DNA from: Burkholderiales bacterium
Lineage (GTDB): Bacteria > Pseudomonadota > Gammaproteobacteria > Burkholderiales > SG8-39
Assembly (NCBI GenBank): GCA_035286595.1
Contig: DATEDA010000118.1
Location: 1,279 to 65,278, forward strand
Length of the DNA: 64,000 nucleotides
Reading direction: 5' to 3'
Below the pieces are notes generated by a model. That model worked only from the letters and a program-made list of their open reading frames with translations, did no database searches and was not told the DNA's origin. The translations under genes were made by a program, and so were the position numbers. Shown here piece by piece: positions 1 through 9,738 of this stretch. The stretch's first letter is position 1, and each line of letters opens with the position of its first letter.

Positions 1-461
1 AGCGCGATCGCGGTGGCGAGCATGAGCGCCGCAGTGGCGACCGTCTGGCTGTAGAAGAAGCTCGTGAGCGCGAGGAAGTAGCAGAGGAAGGTCACGATCA
101 CCGCGTCGCGGCGGGTCTTCGTCTCCATCAGCTTGAGCGACAGGAACAGCACGAGCAGCGCGACGCCGGCGTCGCGCCCGATGATCGTGCGGTAGTTCAG
201 GTAGATGGCGCCCATGCCGCAGACGACCAGCACCGTCAGCAGCCACCGCCGCGGGAGCCGCTCGTTCCTCCAGGCCGCCCAACTGCGCCACGCGAGCATC
301 GCGGTCGCGAGCAGCGTCACCCACCACGGCAGGCGGAGCGCGTGCGGCGCGGCGGTGAGCGCGACGCTCGTCAGGAGGACCAGCGCTGTCGGCAGCGGGA
401 GCGGGGGGTCGGAGGCGACCGCCCGGGACTCCCTCGCGGGCGACCTCGCGGCCCGCTCCAC
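1..461 (-). CDS. TgpA-like transglutaminase, N-terminal membrane (DUF3488-like) part; the 3' end lies outside the window
   Basis: Absent from the ORF track because there is no stop inside the window. The reverse strand is open from GTG at 461: ...LRLPWWVTLLATAMLAWRSWAAWRNERLPRRWLLTVLVVCGMGAIYLNYRTIIGRDAGVALLVLFLSLKLMETKTRRDAVIVTFLCYFLALTSFFYSQ. The multi-TM pattern and the position after MoxR+DUF58 fit the usual three-gene module. Confidence 0.6.
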   Translation of the reverse strand, partial: MERAARSPARESRAVASDPPLPLPTALVLLTSVALTAAPHALRLPWWVTLLATAMLAWRSWAAWRNERLPRRWLLTVLVVCGMGAIYLNYRTIIGRDAGVALLVLFLSLKLMETKTRRDAVIVTFLCYFLALTSFFYSQTVATAALMLATAIA

Positions 462-468
462 CCGGGCG

Positions 469-1449
469 TCAACCGTCGTCGCGGGCATCGAACAGCGCCA
501 GGGCCTTGAGACAGGCGTCGCAGTGGCTCTCGCCGAGATCGGGGCCGAGCTCGCGTCCGGGCAGTCGCAGCCCGTACGAGACGCCCGCGGCCTCGGCGAG
601 GAGCACTTGCCGCGTGAGACGGGACAACCGCGCCTCGAGATCGAGCGACGGCGGCAGCGCGGCGAAATCGAGCCAGAGCTCGGAGGCGCCGCGGCCGGTG
701 AACACTTTCGTGAGCAGGACCTGCTCGCGCGCGGCCGACTTCCAGGCGATGTGTCGCGGGGAATCCCCGCGCTGATAGGGGCGCAGCGCCGCGAAGTCGT
801 CGCTGCCGGTGCCGGCGTGCGCCGCATCGCCGTGGTCGGGGATGAACGTCAGCGGCGGGAGGGGCGAGTCGTCGGGGCGCGGATAGACGAGCGCTTTCAT
901 GTCCGGCTGGACGTAGCTCCAGGCGCGGCACAGCCCGACCGGATAGCGGGTCTCGACCGTCACGCGCGGCAGCTGCAGCCAGCCGCGGTGCAGCGCCGGC
1001 AGCGACAGCGCCGCCGCGGCGCTCGCGCGTGCCGGCACGTCGAAGGTGTCCGCGGCCGCCGCGAAGCTCGCCGTGATCGCCACGCGGTCGAACTTGCCCG
1101 GGTTGTCGAAATGGAGATGGAACCGGACCGCGCCGCCCGCGAACGCCGGCTCCACCCGGCCGGCGCTGACCGCGAGGTGCGCGAGGTTGCGATAGGTGTG
1201 CAGGATCGACACCACGCCCATGCCCGCGAGGAGAAACGTGAGGATATAGCCGAGCGAGAGCTGGTAGTTGATCGAGCCGATCAGCATCAGTCCGAGCGCC
1301 GCGCCGAACAGGAGGCCGTAGCGGGTCGGAAGGATGTAGACGCGCCGCTGCGTGAGGACGACGGTCCCGCGCTCCGGCGCCGCCCGGCCCGAGAAGAAGC
1401 GCCAGAACTGGTAGACCTGGGAGCGCTGGAGGACGCGTTGGAGGTTCAC
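469..1449 (-). CDS. DUF58 domain protein (MoxR-associated)
   Basis: 326-aa ORF with two N-terminal TM helices (LLFGAALGLMLIGSINY, YILTFLLAGMGVVSIL) followed by a soluble body. It lies about 30 nt downstream of a MoxR ATPase gene, which is the canonical pairing. Confidence 0.75.
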   Translation of the reverse strand: MNLQRVLQRSQVYQFWRFFSGRAAPERGTVVLTQRRVYILPTRYGLLFGAALGLMLIGSINYQLSLGYILTFLLAGMGVVSILHTYRNLAHLAVSAGRVEPAFAGGAVRFHLHFDNPGKFDRVAITASFAAAADTFDVPARASAAAALSLPALHRGWLQLPRVTVETRYPVGLCRAWSYVQPDMKALVYPRPDDSPLPPLTFIPDHGDAAHAGTGSDDFAALRPYQRGDSPRHIAWKSAAREQVLLTKVFTGRGASELWLDFAALPPSLDLEARLSRLTRQVLLAEAAGVSYGLRLPGRELGPDLGESHCDACLKALALFDARDDG

Positions 1450-1482
1450 GACCGCCTGCGAGCTCGCCGCGCGGAGCCGCTT

Positions 1483-2424
1483 CTAGGGGATGGGCACTGC
1501 CTCGACGAGCCCGACGGCGATGTCGGAGCTCGTGCGGCGCACGCCGTTGACCACGGGATGCAGCCGATGGGTGGCGACGCCGGGCAGCACGGCCTGGACG
1601 TCCTCGGGCAGCACGTGGTCACGGCCCTCGACCAGTGCCCAGGCGCGCGCGCACGCGGTGAGCGCCAGCGCGGCGCGCGGCGACAGGCCGGTGACGAACT
1701 CGGGCGAGCGCCGCGTGTGCTCGACGATCGCCTGGATGTAGTCGAAGAGCGCCGGCGCCACGTGCACCCGCTTCACGAGGTTCTGCAGCTCGACCAGCTC
1801 GCCCGGGTTCAGGCACGGCTCGAGCGCGGCGATCAGGTCCCGCCGCTCGATGCCCTGGAGCAGCGCGCGCTCGGCGTCGCGGTCGGGATAGCCGAGCTCG
1901 ATTCGCATCTGGAAGCGGTCGAGCTGCGACTCGGGCAGCGGGAACGTCCCGACCTGATGCGACGGGTTCTGGGTGGCGACGACGAAGAACGGCTCGGGCA
2001 GCCGCCGCGTCTCGCCTTCGGCGGTGACCTGGTGCTCTTCCATCGCCTCGAGCAGCGCGCTCTGCGTCTTCGGCGTTGCGCGGTTCACCTCGTCGGCCAG
2101 GATCAGCTGGGCGAAGATCGGGCCGGGGTGGAATTTGAAGGTTCCCGAGTCGCGCTCGTAGATCGACACGCCGAGGATGTCGGCCGGCAGCATGTCGCTC
2201 GTGAACTGGATGCGGTGAAACCCGAGCCCGAGCGACCGCGCGAGGACGTGCGCCAGCGTGGTCTTGCCGACCCCGGGCAGGTCCTCGATCAGGAGGTGGC
2301 CGCGGGCGAGCAGGCACGCGAGCGCCATGCGGATCTGGCGCTCCTTGCCGAGGATCACCCGGCTCGCCTGCTGGGTCACGCGCTGGAGGGACGACGACAT
2401 TGGCGCACTTGCGAGTTGAGACAA
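1483..2424 (-). CDS. MoxR-like AAA+ ATPase
   Basis: Walker A LPGVGKTT, Walker B ILADEVNRA, FFVVATQNP sensor region, length 313 aa. Confidence 0.9.
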   Translation of the reverse strand: MSQLASAPMSSSLQRVTQQASRVILGKERQIRMALACLLARGHLLIEDLPGVGKTTLAHVLARSLGLGFHRIQFTSDMLPADILGVSIYERDSGTFKFHPGPIFAQLILADEVNRATPKTQSALLEAMEEHQVTAEGETRRLPEPFFVVATQNPSHQVGTFPLPESQLDRFQMRIELGYPDRDAERALLQGIERRDLIAALEPCLNPGELVELQNLVKRVHVAPALFDYIQAIVEHTRRSPEFVTGLSPRAALALTACARAWALVEGRDHVLPEDVQAVLPGVATHRLHPVVNGVRRTSSDIAVGLVEAVPIP

Positions 2425-2490
2425 AGCATTAGTGTAGCCCCGCGTGCGCTATGATTTCTATCGGTTCCGGTGAGGAGTGAGGAATATTCG

Positions 2491-3414
2491 ATGGCGACCG
2501 CGTTCATCGGCCATGCCGATTGCATGAAGCACGACATGGGTGCCTACCATCCGGAATGCCCGGCGCGGCTCGCCGCCATCGACGACCAGCTGATCGCGTC
2601 CGGCATCGCCGGGTACCTCCAGCACCACGCCGCGCCGCTCGCCACTGCCGAGCAGCTCGCGCGGGCCCATCCGCGCGAGTACATCGAGGCGATCCGCGCA
2701 GCGGCACCGCAGCGGGGCATCGTGCACCTCGACCCGGACACGGCGATGAGCCCCGGCACCTGGGGCGCGGCGCTCCGCGCCGCCGGGGCGGCGGTCCTCG
2801 CGACCGACCTGGTGGTCGGCGGCGAGGCGGAGAGCGCGTTCTGCAGCGTCCGCCCGCCGGGGCACCACGCCACGCGGACCCGCGCGATGGGGTTCTGCAT
2901 CTTCAACAACGTGGCGGTGGCGGCGCTGCACGCGCTGGAGCACCATGGGCTGGAGCGCGTGGCGATCGTCGATTTCGACGTCCATCACGGCAACGGGACC
3001 GAGGATATCTTCTCCGACGACGAGCGGGCGCTGATGGTCAGCACCTTCCAGCACCCGTTCTATCCCTACAGCGGCGCCGATAACCCGGCGCGGAACATGG
3101 TCAACGTGCCGCTGCCCGGGGGCGCCGGCAGCCAGGCCTTCCGCGACGCGGTCGAGAGCCGCTGGGTGCCGGCGCTCGAAGACTTCGAGCCCCAGCTCGT
3201 CCTCTTCTCCGCCGGGTTCGACGCGCACGTCGAGGACGACATGGCGATGCTCCGGCTCGTCGACCAGGACTACGCCTGGGTCACGCAGCAGGTGAAGCGC
3301 GTCGCCGACCGCCACGCGGGCGGACGGATCGTCTCGGTCCTCGAAGGGGGTTACGCGCTGTCCGCGCTCGGGCGCAGCGTCGTCCAGCACCTGCGGGTGC
3401 TGGGCGGCTTCTGA
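2491..3414 (+). CDS. Histone deacetylase-family (HDAC-like) amidohydrolase
   Basis: Motifs RPPGHHA, DFDVHHGNGTE, FDAHVEDD and LEGGY. The ATG at 2491 follows GAGGAGTGAGGA; the ORF is open from 2470. Confidence 0.85.
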   Translation: MATAFIGHADCMKHDMGAYHPECPARLAAIDDQLIASGIAGYLQHHAAPLATAEQLARAHPREYIEAIRAAAPQRGIVHLDPDTAMSPGTWGAALRAAGAAVLATDLVVGGEAESAFCSVRPPGHHATRTRAMGFCIFNNVAVAALHALEHHGLERVAIVDFDVHHGNGTEDIFSDDERALMVSTFQHPFYPYSGADNPARNMVNVPLPGGAGSQAFRDAVESRWVPALEDFEPQLVLFSAGFDAHVEDDMAMLRLVDQDYAWVTQQVKRVADRHAGGRIVSVLEGGYALSALGRSVVQHLRVLGGF

Positions 3415-3432
3415 CGATCGGCTCGAGGCCGT

Positions 3433-4509
3433 TCAGGCCTGAGCAGCCGCGAACTCGCGCCCCGCGAAGGCGCGCAGCGCCTCCGCCAGGCCGGCGATGG
3501 AAGCGGGCGAGAGGTCGCCGGGGCGCAGCACTTGCGCCGCCGCGAGTCCCGCGTAGTTCCTCTGCGTCGAGCGGCGGTAGGCGGGGTCGTAGTGCGCGAC
3601 GAGCAGCTCCTCGACCAGCCGCTCCCACTCGCCGCGATCGGCAAGCCGCTGCCAGGCGCCGATCGCACCGCGTCCGTGCAGCCCGACGAGGCAGTCGAGC
3701 TGCGCCTTGAGCTGCGCCGGGTCGGCGAGGAAGTGCCCGTACTCGGCAATGAGGAACTTGACGCGCGCCGCGATGGGCGCCTCGACTCGCACGCAGTCGC
3801 CGGCGCGCATCGTCTCGAGCAGCGCGTCGGGCACCTGCAGCTGGCCGATCTTCTTGCTCTCCGCCTCGACGAACACGGGGGTGTGGGGATCGAGCTTCCG
3901 CAGCGCGTCCCAAGCCCGAGTCTCGAACAGCTTCTGCGAGGGCTGCGGCTCGCCCGGCAGATCGCCAAGCACCGAGCCGCGATGGGCCGCCATCCGCTCG
4001 AGGTCGAGCACCTGGGCGCCGGCGGCGCCGAGCGCCTCGAGCAAGCGGCTTTTCCCGCTGCCGGTCTCGCCGCAGAGGACGACGTAACGGAACTCGCGCG
4101 GGAGGCGTTCGAGCTGCGCGAGCACCTCGCGCCGGTAGGCCTTGTAACCCCCCTGGAGCTGCGCCGCCTGCCAGCCGATCCTGCGGAGCACGTGGACCAT
4201 GGCGCCGGAGCGCTCGCCGCCGCGCCAGCAGTAGACGAGCGGCCGCCAGCTGCGGTCGCGCCGGAAGAAGGTCTGCTCGAGATGGCGGGCGATGTTGCGC
4301 GCGACGAGCGTGGCCCCGCGCTTCTTCGAATCGAACGGCGAGACTTGCTTGTACATCTTGCCGATCTCCGCGCGCTCGGCGTCGTCGAGCACCGGATGGT
4401 TCGCGGCGCCCGGCACGTGGTCCTCGGCGAACTCCGACGGCGAGCGGACGTCGATCACCTCGTCGAAGAGGGCGATCTCACGCACGCTGGTCGATTCGGG
4501 GAACTTCAC
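3433..4509 (-). CDS. mnmH: tRNA 2-selenouridine synthase
   Basis: This is the C-terminal 359 codons of the 825-aa track ORF. Rhodanese-type loop CWRGGERSG plus P-loop CGETGSGKS. GTG start (VKFPEST...). The upstream part of the ORF is Arg-rich and overlaps tesA/ybbA. Confidence 0.8.
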   Translation of the reverse strand: MKFPESTSVREIALFDEVIDVRSPSEFAEDHVPGAANHPVLDDAERAEIGKMYKQVSPFDSKKRGATLVARNIARHLEQTFFRRDRSWRPLVYCWRGGERSGAMVHVLRRIGWQAAQLQGGYKAYRREVLAQLERLPREFRYVVLCGETGSGKSRLLEALGAAGAQVLDLERMAAHRGSVLGDLPGEPQPSQKLFETRAWDALRKLDPHTPVFVEAESKKIGQLQVPDALLETMRAGDCVRVEAPIAARVKFLIAEYGHFLADPAQLKAQLDCLVGLHGRGAIGAWQRLADRGEWERLVEELLVAHYDPAYRRSTQRNYAGLAAAQVLRPGDLSPASIAGLAEALRAFAGREFAAAQA

Positions 4510-4550
4510 GGGAGTGCGGCCTGCGGAACCTCGACGGCGGATTCTACCCG

Positions 4551-5153
4551 CTACTTCCGGAGCAGCGGCTGCAGCTCGCTCCACACCGTCTCGAGCATCA
4601 GCGGCTGCGCGGCCTCGGTCGGATGGATCTGGTCGGGCTGGAACAGCTCGCGGCGCTCGCCGATGCCATCGAGCAGGAACGGGACGTAGGCCGCCCGGTG
4701 CTGCTTCGCCACTTCCGCAAAGGCCCGAGAGAACTCCTCGGTGTACTGTCGCCCGTAGTTCGGCGGGATGCGCATGCCGACGACGAGCACCCGCGCCTTG
4801 CGCGCCTGCGCGGCGCGGACGATCTTCGTCAGGTTGGCCTTCATCTCGGCGACCGGCAGTCCCCGCAACCCGTCGTTGCCGCCGAGCGCGAGGACGACGA
4901 TGTCGGGCCGGAAGCGCTCCAGCGCATCGCCGATGCGCGCCGCGCCGCCGCTCGTCGTCTCGCCGGAGATGCTCGCGTTCACGACTGTATAATTGCTTCG
5001 CTTCAGCCGTTCGCCGAGCAGACTCACCCAACCGTCCTTCTGGCTGATCCCGTACGCCGCCGACAGGCTGTCGCCGTAGACGAGGACGGTCCCGGCCGCC
5101 GCGGACGCGGCGCTCCAGGCGGCGCACAACGCAAAGACGAACCCTCGCAACAT
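4551..5153 (-). CDS. tesA: SGNH arylesterase / acyl-CoA thioesterase I (TesA-like), exported
   Basis: Signal peptide MLRGFVFALCAAWSAASAAA, then SGNH blocks VYGDSLS, LGGNDG and DQIHPT. Divergent from the ybbA-ybbP-like genes, as in E. coli. Confidence 0.85.
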   Translation of the reverse strand: MLRGFVFALCAAWSAASAAAGTVLVYGDSLSAAYGISQKDGWVSLLGERLKRSNYTVVNASISGETTSGGAARIGDALERFRPDIVVLALGGNDGLRGLPVAEMKANLTKIVRAAQARKARVLVVGMRIPPNYGRQYTEEFSRAFAEVAKQHRAAYVPFLLDGIGERRELFQPDQIHPTEAAQPLMLETVWSELQPLLRK

Positions 5154-5844
5154 GGATGTCGGAAATCAGCGGCCGATCGTGAAGGCGACCGGCCTGTCGA
5201 AAATCGTGCCCCTCGTGGCCAACGGCGGGGCGACGCAACTCGCCATTCTCCAGGATATCGATCTTGCGGTCATGTCGAGCGAGGCGGTCGCCGTGGTCGG
5301 CGCCTCGGGCTCCGGCAAGTCGACGCTCCTCGCGCTGCTCGCCGGGCTCGACACGCCGACGCGCGGCTCGGTCGCGCTCGACGGGGTCGAGCTCTTCGCG
5401 CTCGACGAGGACGGCCGGGCGGAGCTCCGCAAGCGCCTCGTCGGCTTCGTGTTCCAGTCGTTCCAGCTGCTCGCGCCGCTGAACGCCGTGGAGAACGTGA
5501 TGCTGCCGCTCGAGCTCTCCGGCGATCCCGACGCCAGCCGCAAGGCGCGCGAGATGCTCGAGCGCGTGGGCCTGGGCGAGCGGCTGCGGCACTATCCGAA
5601 ATACCTTTCCGGCGGCGAGCAGCAGCGCGTCGCGCTCGCGCGCGCGTTCGTGATGCGGCCGAAGCTGCTGCTCGCCGACGAGCCGACCGGAAACCTCGAC
5701 GCGGCGACCGGTGCGGGCATCATCGATCTCATCTTCGAGCTCAACGCGGAACAAGGGACCACGCTCGTGATGGTGACCCACGACGAGGCGCTCGCACGCC
5801 GGTGCAGCCGCACGGTGCGGCTGGCCGCGGGCCGGATCCAGTAG
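5152..5844 (+). CDS. ybbA: ABC transporter ATP-binding protein (YbbA/MacB-type)
   Basis: Walker A GASGSGKST, signature LSGGEQQR, Walker B LLLADEPTGNLD. Confidence 0.85.
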   Translation: MDVGNQRPIVKATGLSKIVPLVANGGATQLAILQDIDLAVMSSEAVAVVGASGSGKSTLLALLAGLDTPTRGSVALDGVELFALDEDGRAELRKRLVGFVFQSFQLLAPLNAVENVMLPLELSGDPDASRKAREMLERVGLGERLRHYPKYLSGGEQQRVALARAFVMRPKLLLADEPTGNLDAATGAGIIDLIFELNAEQGTTLVMVTHDEALARRCSRTVRLAAGRIQ

Positions 5845-5848
5845 CGCC

Positions 5849-8332
5849 ATGAACCTCGCGCTGCCGCTGCGGATGCTGAGCCGCGATTGGAGAGCCGGCG
5901 AGCTTCGCATCCTCGCGCTCGCGCTCGTCGTCGCAGTTGCTAGCGTGACCAGCGTCGCGTTCTTCGCCGACCGCGTGCGGCAGGCGCTCGTTCGCGAGTC
6001 GCATCAGCTCCTCGGCGCGGACCTGGTGCTGAACGCCGACCATCGCTGGGGGCCGGAGGTCCGCGACGAGATCGCGCGCCGGGGCCTCAAGCTCGCGGAG
6101 AGCACCACGTTCATCAGCATGGCGCGCCACGACGGCGAGTCGCATCTCGCGGGGATCAAGGCGGTGAGCGACGGTTATCCGCTCCGAGGAAAGCTCCGCA
6201 CCGCCCCGGCGCTGAACGTCCCCGACGCGCCGGCCGACGGTGTGCCGCCGCCGGGGAGCGTCTGGATCGATGAGCGGCTTGCCCTCGCTTTCGACGCGAA
6301 GCTCGGCGATGCGATCGAGCTCGGGGACGCGGCGTTCCGGGTCGCGGCGATCCTCACTCTGGAGCCCGACCGCAGCGTGAGCTTCTTCAACATCGCGCCG
6401 CGGCTGCTGATGCACCGAGACGACCTCGAGAAGACCGGGCTGATCCAGCCCGGCAGCCGCGTCCGGTACTACCTGCTCGCCGCCGGCGAGCGCGAGGCGG
6501 TCGACCGGTTCGAGGGATGGTTGAGGCCGCGGCTCGGTCGTGGCCAACACGTGCACAGCCTTTCCGATGCGCGGCCCGAGATCCGCGCCGGACTCGAGCG
6601 CGCGCAGAAGTTCATCGGCCTGACGGCGCTGCTCGCGGTCATCCTCGCCGCCGTCGCGGTCTCGCTCGCGACGCGCCGCTACACCCGGCGCCACCTCGAC
6701 GGCTACGCAGTGATGCGCTGCCTGGGCGGGACGCAAGCGCAGCTCACGCGGCTCTTCGCCTCGGAGTTCGTCGCGCTCGGCGTCGCGGCGTGCACGCTCG
6801 GCAGCGCAGTCGGCTACGCGGCGCAACTCGTCATCTCGTGGCTGGTGGCGGATCTGATGATCATTGCGCTGCCGCAGCCTTCGCTCTTGCCTGCGGTGCA
6901 GGGGTTCATCACCGGAATGGCGCTGCTGCTCGGCTTCGCGCTGCCGCCCTTGCTCCAGCTCAAGAACGTGCCGGCGCTCCGTGTGATCCGCCGCGACGTG
7001 GGCGCGCCGAGACAGAGCGCAGTCGTCGCCTACGGGCTCGGCGTCGCGGCCATCGCGGCACTCTTGGTCTGGCAGGCGGGGGATACGAAGCTCGGCCTCA
7101 TCGTGCTCGGCGGCTTTGCCGCGGGGCTGGTGGTGTTCGCGGTGGTCGCGTTCGGCGCGCTCCACGCCGCCGCGCGCGCGTCGGGACTTGCGGGCGCGAG
7201 CTGGCGCTACGGGCTGGCGTCGCTGCGCCGGCGCGCCCGAACGAACACGGTGCAGATCATCGCGCTCAGCCTCGGGCTGACCGCGATCCTGCTGCTCACG
7301 TTGACCCGCGCCGACCTCCTCGAGACGTGGCGCTCGAAGACGCCGCCCGACGCGCCGAACCGGTTCATCGTGAGCATCCAGCCCGAGCAGCGGGAGCCGC
7401 TCGCGGCGTTCTTCGCCGAGAACCGGATCGCCGTGCCGCCGCTCTATCCGATGATCCGCGGGCGGTACGTGGCATTGAACGGCACGCCGGTCGAGGCGGA
7501 ATCGTTCGAAGGGCGCGACAAGCGGCTCGTCGAGCGGGAGTTCAACCTGTCGTTCCTGGCGGCGCAGCCGGCGCACAACCAGGTGATCTCCGGCGCCTGG
7601 TTCGGGCCGCGCGAGCTCGAATCGGGCGGCCTGTCGGTGGAGGAGGGCATCGCGAAGTCCCTGGGCTGGAAGATCGGCGATCGCCTCGGCTGGCAGGTCG
7701 CGGGGCAGAGCTTCGAGGCGTCGATCACCAACGTGCGCAAGCTCGACTGGGACTCGATGCGCGTCAACTTCTTCGTGATCACGACCCCGAAGCTGCTCGC
7801 GGGCTTTCCCGCGAGCTACGTGACGAGCTTCCATCTGCCCGATTCGCAGGCGGCGTTCGTCAACCGGCTGTCGCAGCGTTTTCCGAACCTGACGGTCATC
7901 GACACGAGCGCGATCCTGCGGCAGGTGAAGGGCATGATGGACCAGGTGATCCGCGCGGTGCAGTTCGTGTTCCTGTTCGCGCTCGGGGCCGGCGTGCTGG
8001 TGCTGTACGCGGCGCTGCTCGCGACGCAGGACGAGCGGGTGCACGAGGCCGCGGTCATGCGCGCGCTGGGCGCGAGCCGCGCCCAGGTGCTGGCCGCGCA
8101 GCGCACGGAGTTCCTCGCCCTGGGTTTTCTCGCCGGCGCGCTCGCCGCCGTCGGCGCGACGGCGATCGGGTTCGTGATCGCGGGCCAGGTGTTCCAGTTC
8201 GGCTACCGCGTGAATCACTGGGTCTGGCTCGCCGGGCCGGCGCTCGGGCTCGCGTGCGTGTCCCTGAACATCTGGGCGGGGGCGCGGGCGGCACTCAATC
8301 ATCCGCCGATCGCGGCGCTGCGCGAGGCGTAG
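5849..8332 (+). CDS. ybbP: FtsX-family ABC transporter permease (YbbP-like, duplicated)
   Basis: 827 aa. Two FtsX-like TM blocks are separated by large extracytoplasmic regions. The start lies 4 nt after the ybbA stop. Confidence 0.85.
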   Translation: MNLALPLRMLSRDWRAGELRILALALVVAVASVTSVAFFADRVRQALVRESHQLLGADLVLNADHRWGPEVRDEIARRGLKLAESTTFISMARHDGESHLAGIKAVSDGYPLRGKLRTAPALNVPDAPADGVPPPGSVWIDERLALAFDAKLGDAIELGDAAFRVAAILTLEPDRSVSFFNIAPRLLMHRDDLEKTGLIQPGSRVRYYLLAAGEREAVDRFEGWLRPRLGRGQHVHSLSDARPEIRAGLERAQKFIGLTALLAVILAAVAVSLATRRYTRRHLDGYAVMRCLGGTQAQLTRLFASEFVALGVAACTLGSAVGYAAQLVISWLVADLMIIALPQPSLLPAVQGFITGMALLLGFALPPLLQLKNVPALRVIRRDVGAPRQSAVVAYGLGVAAIAALLVWQAGDTKLGLIVLGGFAAGLVVFAVVAFGALHAAARASGLAGASWRYGLASLRRRARTNTVQIIALSLGLTAILLLTLTRADLLETWRSKTPPDAPNRFIVSIQPEQREPLAAFFAENRIAVPPLYPMIRGRYVALNGTPVEAESFEGRDKRLVEREFNLSFLAAQPAHNQVISGAWFGPRELESGGLSVEEGIAKSLGWKIGDRLGWQVAGQSFEASITNVRKLDWDSMRVNFFVITTPKLLAGFPASYVTSFHLPDSQAAFVNRLSQRFPNLTVIDTSAILRQVKGMMDQVIRAVQFVFLFALGAGVLVLYAALLATQDERVHEAAVMRALGASRAQVLAAQRTEFLALGFLAGALAAVGATAIGFVIAGQVFQFGYRVNHWVWLAGPALGLACVSLNIWAGARAALNHPPIAALREA

Positions 8333-8366
8333 CCCAAGTCCCGACCGGGAGGAGGCGAGACCCGAC

Positions 8367-9686
8367 GTGAGAATCGGACTGCGCGAGCTCGCCCTGCGCG
8401 ACGCCCTCATCGTCGGCATCCCGACGCTGGCGCTCCTCGTCGCGGGCTTCTGGTACGCGGCGCAGTTCATCCAGCCCGCGCCGCCGAACCGGGTGGTGAT
8501 CGCCACCGGCGGCGAGGGCGGCGCCTACCAGCGCTTCGCCGCGCTCTACGAGCCGCTCATCGAGCGGAACGGGATCAAGTTCATCGAGCGCACGACCGCC
8601 GGAGCGGTCGAGAACCTCGCGCTGCTGCGCTCGGCGGACGAGGAGCTCGACGTCGCCTTCGTGCAGGGCGGCCTCGGCCTCGGGAGCGACCCCACGGGCC
8701 TGGTCTCGCTCGGCAGCATTTACTACGAGCCGCTCTGGGTGTTCTACCGCAATCCCGAGCCGATCGACCAGCTCGTGCATTTGCGCGGCAAGCGGATCGC
8801 CATCGGCGCCGAGGGGAGCGGCACCCGCAAGCTCGCCTTGGAGCTGCTCGAGGCGAACGGCGCCACGGGGGCGCCGACGCGGCTCCTGCCGCTCGGGGGC
8901 CTGGAGGCGGTCGGGGCGCTCAAGGCCGGCCGGGCGGACGCGATCTTCCTCGTCGGGCCCGCGAACTCCGGCGCGGTGTGGGCCTCGTTCTACGCCGAGG
9001 GCTTCCGCCTGATGAGCTTCTCGCAGGCGGATGCCTTCGTGCGCCGGTGGCCGTTCCTCTCCAAGCTCACGCTGCCGCGCGGGGCGATCGATCTCGTGCG
9101 TGACATCCCGGCCCGCGACGTGACGCTGGTCGCCCCGGTGGCGGCCCTCGTCGCGCGCGACTCGATTCATCCGGCGCTCATCGACGTCCTGCTCCAGGCG
9201 GCGGCCGAGGCGCACGGAGGGCCGGGGCTCTTCCACCGCGCCGGCGAGTTTCCGAACCCGCGGCAGGTGGACTTTCCGCTCTCGACGGAGGCCGAGCGGT
9301 TCTACCGGTCGGGCACGCGCTTCCTGCAGCGGTACCTCCCGTTCTGGGCGGCGACGCTCGTCGACCGGCTCGTGGTGCTCCTCATCCCGGTCGTCGCCCT
9401 CATGATCCCGCTGATGCGGATCGCGCCGGCGCTCTACGGCTGGCGCGCGCGCTCGCGGATCTACAAGTGGTACGGCCAGCTCAAGTTTCTCGAGGAGGCG
9501 TGGCGCCGCGATCCGGGCGCGCGGCCGCGGGAGGAGTGGCTCGCCGAGCTCGACCGGCTCGAGGCGCGCGTGAACCGGATCCGGACGCCGCTCGCGTTCG
9601 CGAACCAGCTCTACATTTTGCGCGAGCACATCGGGCTGGTGCGGCGGGCGATCCTCGGGAGCGGCGAGGCCACCGCCGGGACCTGA
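8367..9686 (+). CDS. Membrane-anchored TAXI-type (TRAP-associated) solute-binding protein with a C-terminal TM/cytoplasmic extension
   Basis: N-terminal TM (IVGIPTLALLVAGFWYAAQFI), TAXI-like core (VVIATGGEGGAYQRF...), then a TM hairpin (FWAATLVDRLVVLLIPVVALMIPLM) and an Arg-rich tail. GTG start. Confidence 0.7.
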   Translation: MRIGLRELALRDALIVGIPTLALLVAGFWYAAQFIQPAPPNRVVIATGGEGGAYQRFAALYEPLIERNGIKFIERTTAGAVENLALLRSADEELDVAFVQGGLGLGSDPTGLVSLGSIYYEPLWVFYRNPEPIDQLVHLRGKRIAIGAEGSGTRKLALELLEANGATGAPTRLLPLGGLEAVGALKAGRADAIFLVGPANSGAVWASFYAEGFRLMSFSQADAFVRRWPFLSKLTLPRGAIDLVRDIPARDVTLVAPVAALVARDSIHPALIDVLLQAAAEAHGGPGLFHRAGEFPNPRQVDFPLSTEAERFYRSGTRFLQRYLPFWAATLVDRLVVLLIPVVALMIPLMRIAPALYGWRARSRIYKWYGQLKFLEEAWRRDPGARPREEWLAELDRLEARVNRIRTPLAFANQLYILREHIGLVRRAILGSGEATAGT

Positions 9687-9738
9687 CCGCTCGGGCGATC
9701 GCCCGGCGGGCGCGCCGGTTGCTACACTGCCGCCGTCG

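Noticed and set aside
205-2454. 749-aa forward ORF covering the DUF58 and MoxR region
   Set aside because: Its composition is extreme in Arg/Ala/Gly/Glu with no recognisable motifs. It lies antisense to two genes with clear family signatures. This is a typical open antisense frame in GC-rich DNA.
3433-5910. 825-aa reverse ORF read as a single gene
   Set aside because: Only the last 359 codons look like SelU. The upstream part overlaps tesA and ybbA, which are better supported, and is compositionally aberrant.
5741-8506. 921-aa reverse ORF opposite ybbP
   Set aside because: It is Arg/Pro/Glu-rich with no motifs, and lies antisense to a well-supported FtsX-type permease. It is a GC-richness artefact.
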